A stretch of DNA of 64,000 nt from Perna viridis (lineage: Eukaryota). The notes below the pieces were generated by a model. That model worked only from the letters and a program-made list of their open reading frames with translations, did no database searches and was not told the origin of the DNA. The translations under genes were made by a program, and so were the position numbers. This document shows, one piece after another, positions 62,811-64,000 of the stretch; the first letter of the stretch is position 1; each line of letters begins with the position of its first letter. The stretch is taken from NCBI GenBank assembly GCA_037379345.1, contig CM074514.1:11346001-11410000 (forward strand), given 5' to 3'.

Positions 62811-63626
62811 CTGTTCATTATATTATTTATTATATCTTTATGTTTTGCTTATTTTTAAATGATCAGGTTAATGTATCTTAGCAGTTTTCAACATTAATGC
62901 TTAAAACACACAAGTAACCATGGATAAGCTCCCTTTTGGTAATGTCACAAAAATGTTGCAGAAAAGTTATACTGTATGTTGTATGGAACTTTCTGTACTA
63001 AGTTTGCAACTTTGCATCCAGGACCAGGGTATTTGATCTAACAGGAAAGACACTCCTAATTGCAGGTATGATTGTTATCATTTATTGTGGTAGTGTGTTT
63101 ACTTTCTGGCAAAGTCATACCTACGATTTTAAAACTGAAAGTTACTGCTATTCTGCCAAACATGTGGCATTTATGAGATGGTGTTGATTGGTTTGCATGT
63201 AGTCCGAATAATGTGTCCGAGTTGCGTATACATCTTCCTGCAGGTGGTTGCATCTGTGAGCTGGCAAATAAAAATCCTGTTCAGCATGGCTCTAGTACAA
63301 GGCTTAGCATATTTGATTGATCATAAGTTCTTATCATTATATTTATGAAATATCTGCCAATGGATGTTAAGATACAAACAATCAACCAGTCAATCTATAT
63401 ACAGTCAACACAAATTTTAATTTCTCCTCTCTCCACAGTGAACATAGTGAGTAGAGTCACAGGGTCTCCACTCTCCAGTGGAGTCACCATTTCAAAAATT
63501 GTCTGTAGGTTATTTATCCGTCTTTATACCAAGATATATTTAATGGTTTTGGCTGTTTGATAACATTTCAGTAATGGACAGAAAAAAAATATTGAAAAGT
63601 ATTGATATGGAGCAAATTTATGTCAG

Positions 63627-64000
63627 TTTTTCACTCGCCTGGTTGAAGGCCATGTGAACTATTGCCATCACTTGGAGTCCGCCGTCGTTAACAATTTATC
63701 AAAACTCTTCTCCTCTGACACTATTTGACCAACTGGAACTAACCTTGGTATGAGTGTTCCATAAAACTGATGTTGGGATTTTTGATTTGTCGAAAAACAT
63801 GGCTGTCATTACTTAAAATAGAGCATAGGGGTCAGACAGTAGTTTATAGCACATATCTCCAAAATCGTTAGGTTTAGCTGAATTCTGACAAGGGTAAAAG
63901 TGCCTGCATGATGAGATCTATCTGTGGTCAAATTTTGGTTTTAAACTGTTAAGTCATGTTGGAGATATTGCCCCTTTTCAACGATTTTTGCTATTTTTAC
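63627..64000 (+). mobile_element. Helentron/HINE-like element (copy 3), cut off by the window end
   Basis: Collinear with 43514-43593 plus 44473-44780, without the LINE insertion. Confidence 0.7.

Overview
AT-rich eukaryotic genomic DNA, most likely from a mytilid mussel (Mytilus-like; inferred from the catchin exon). It contains two divergently oriented multi-exon genes. (1) A complete muscle myosin II heavy-chain gene on the minus strand (CDS 24995->2713, 35 coding exons per isoform, about 1990 aa). It has two clusters of mutually exclusive exons in the motor domain, an internal 156-codon alternative first exon encoding catchin/myorod with its own promoter-like region, and up to four alternative C-terminal tailpiece exons. 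(2) A MEI1 (meiosis inhibitor 1) orthologue on the plus strand (29478->62759, about 28 coding exons, about 1130 aa), with introns rich in transposon relics (CR1-type LINE, a 5'-truncated L1/Tx1-type insertion with TSD, Helentron-like elements, MITEs). The most unusual pattern is in MEI1: four tandem duplications or arrays were seeded from its own exon-intron junctions, creating rows of decoy or in-frame splice sites, and a 51-bp minisatellite is bounded by AG/GT as a phase-compatible, stop-free 840-nt candidate exon. All exon calls were read by eye without transcript data, and protein comparisons are from memory.
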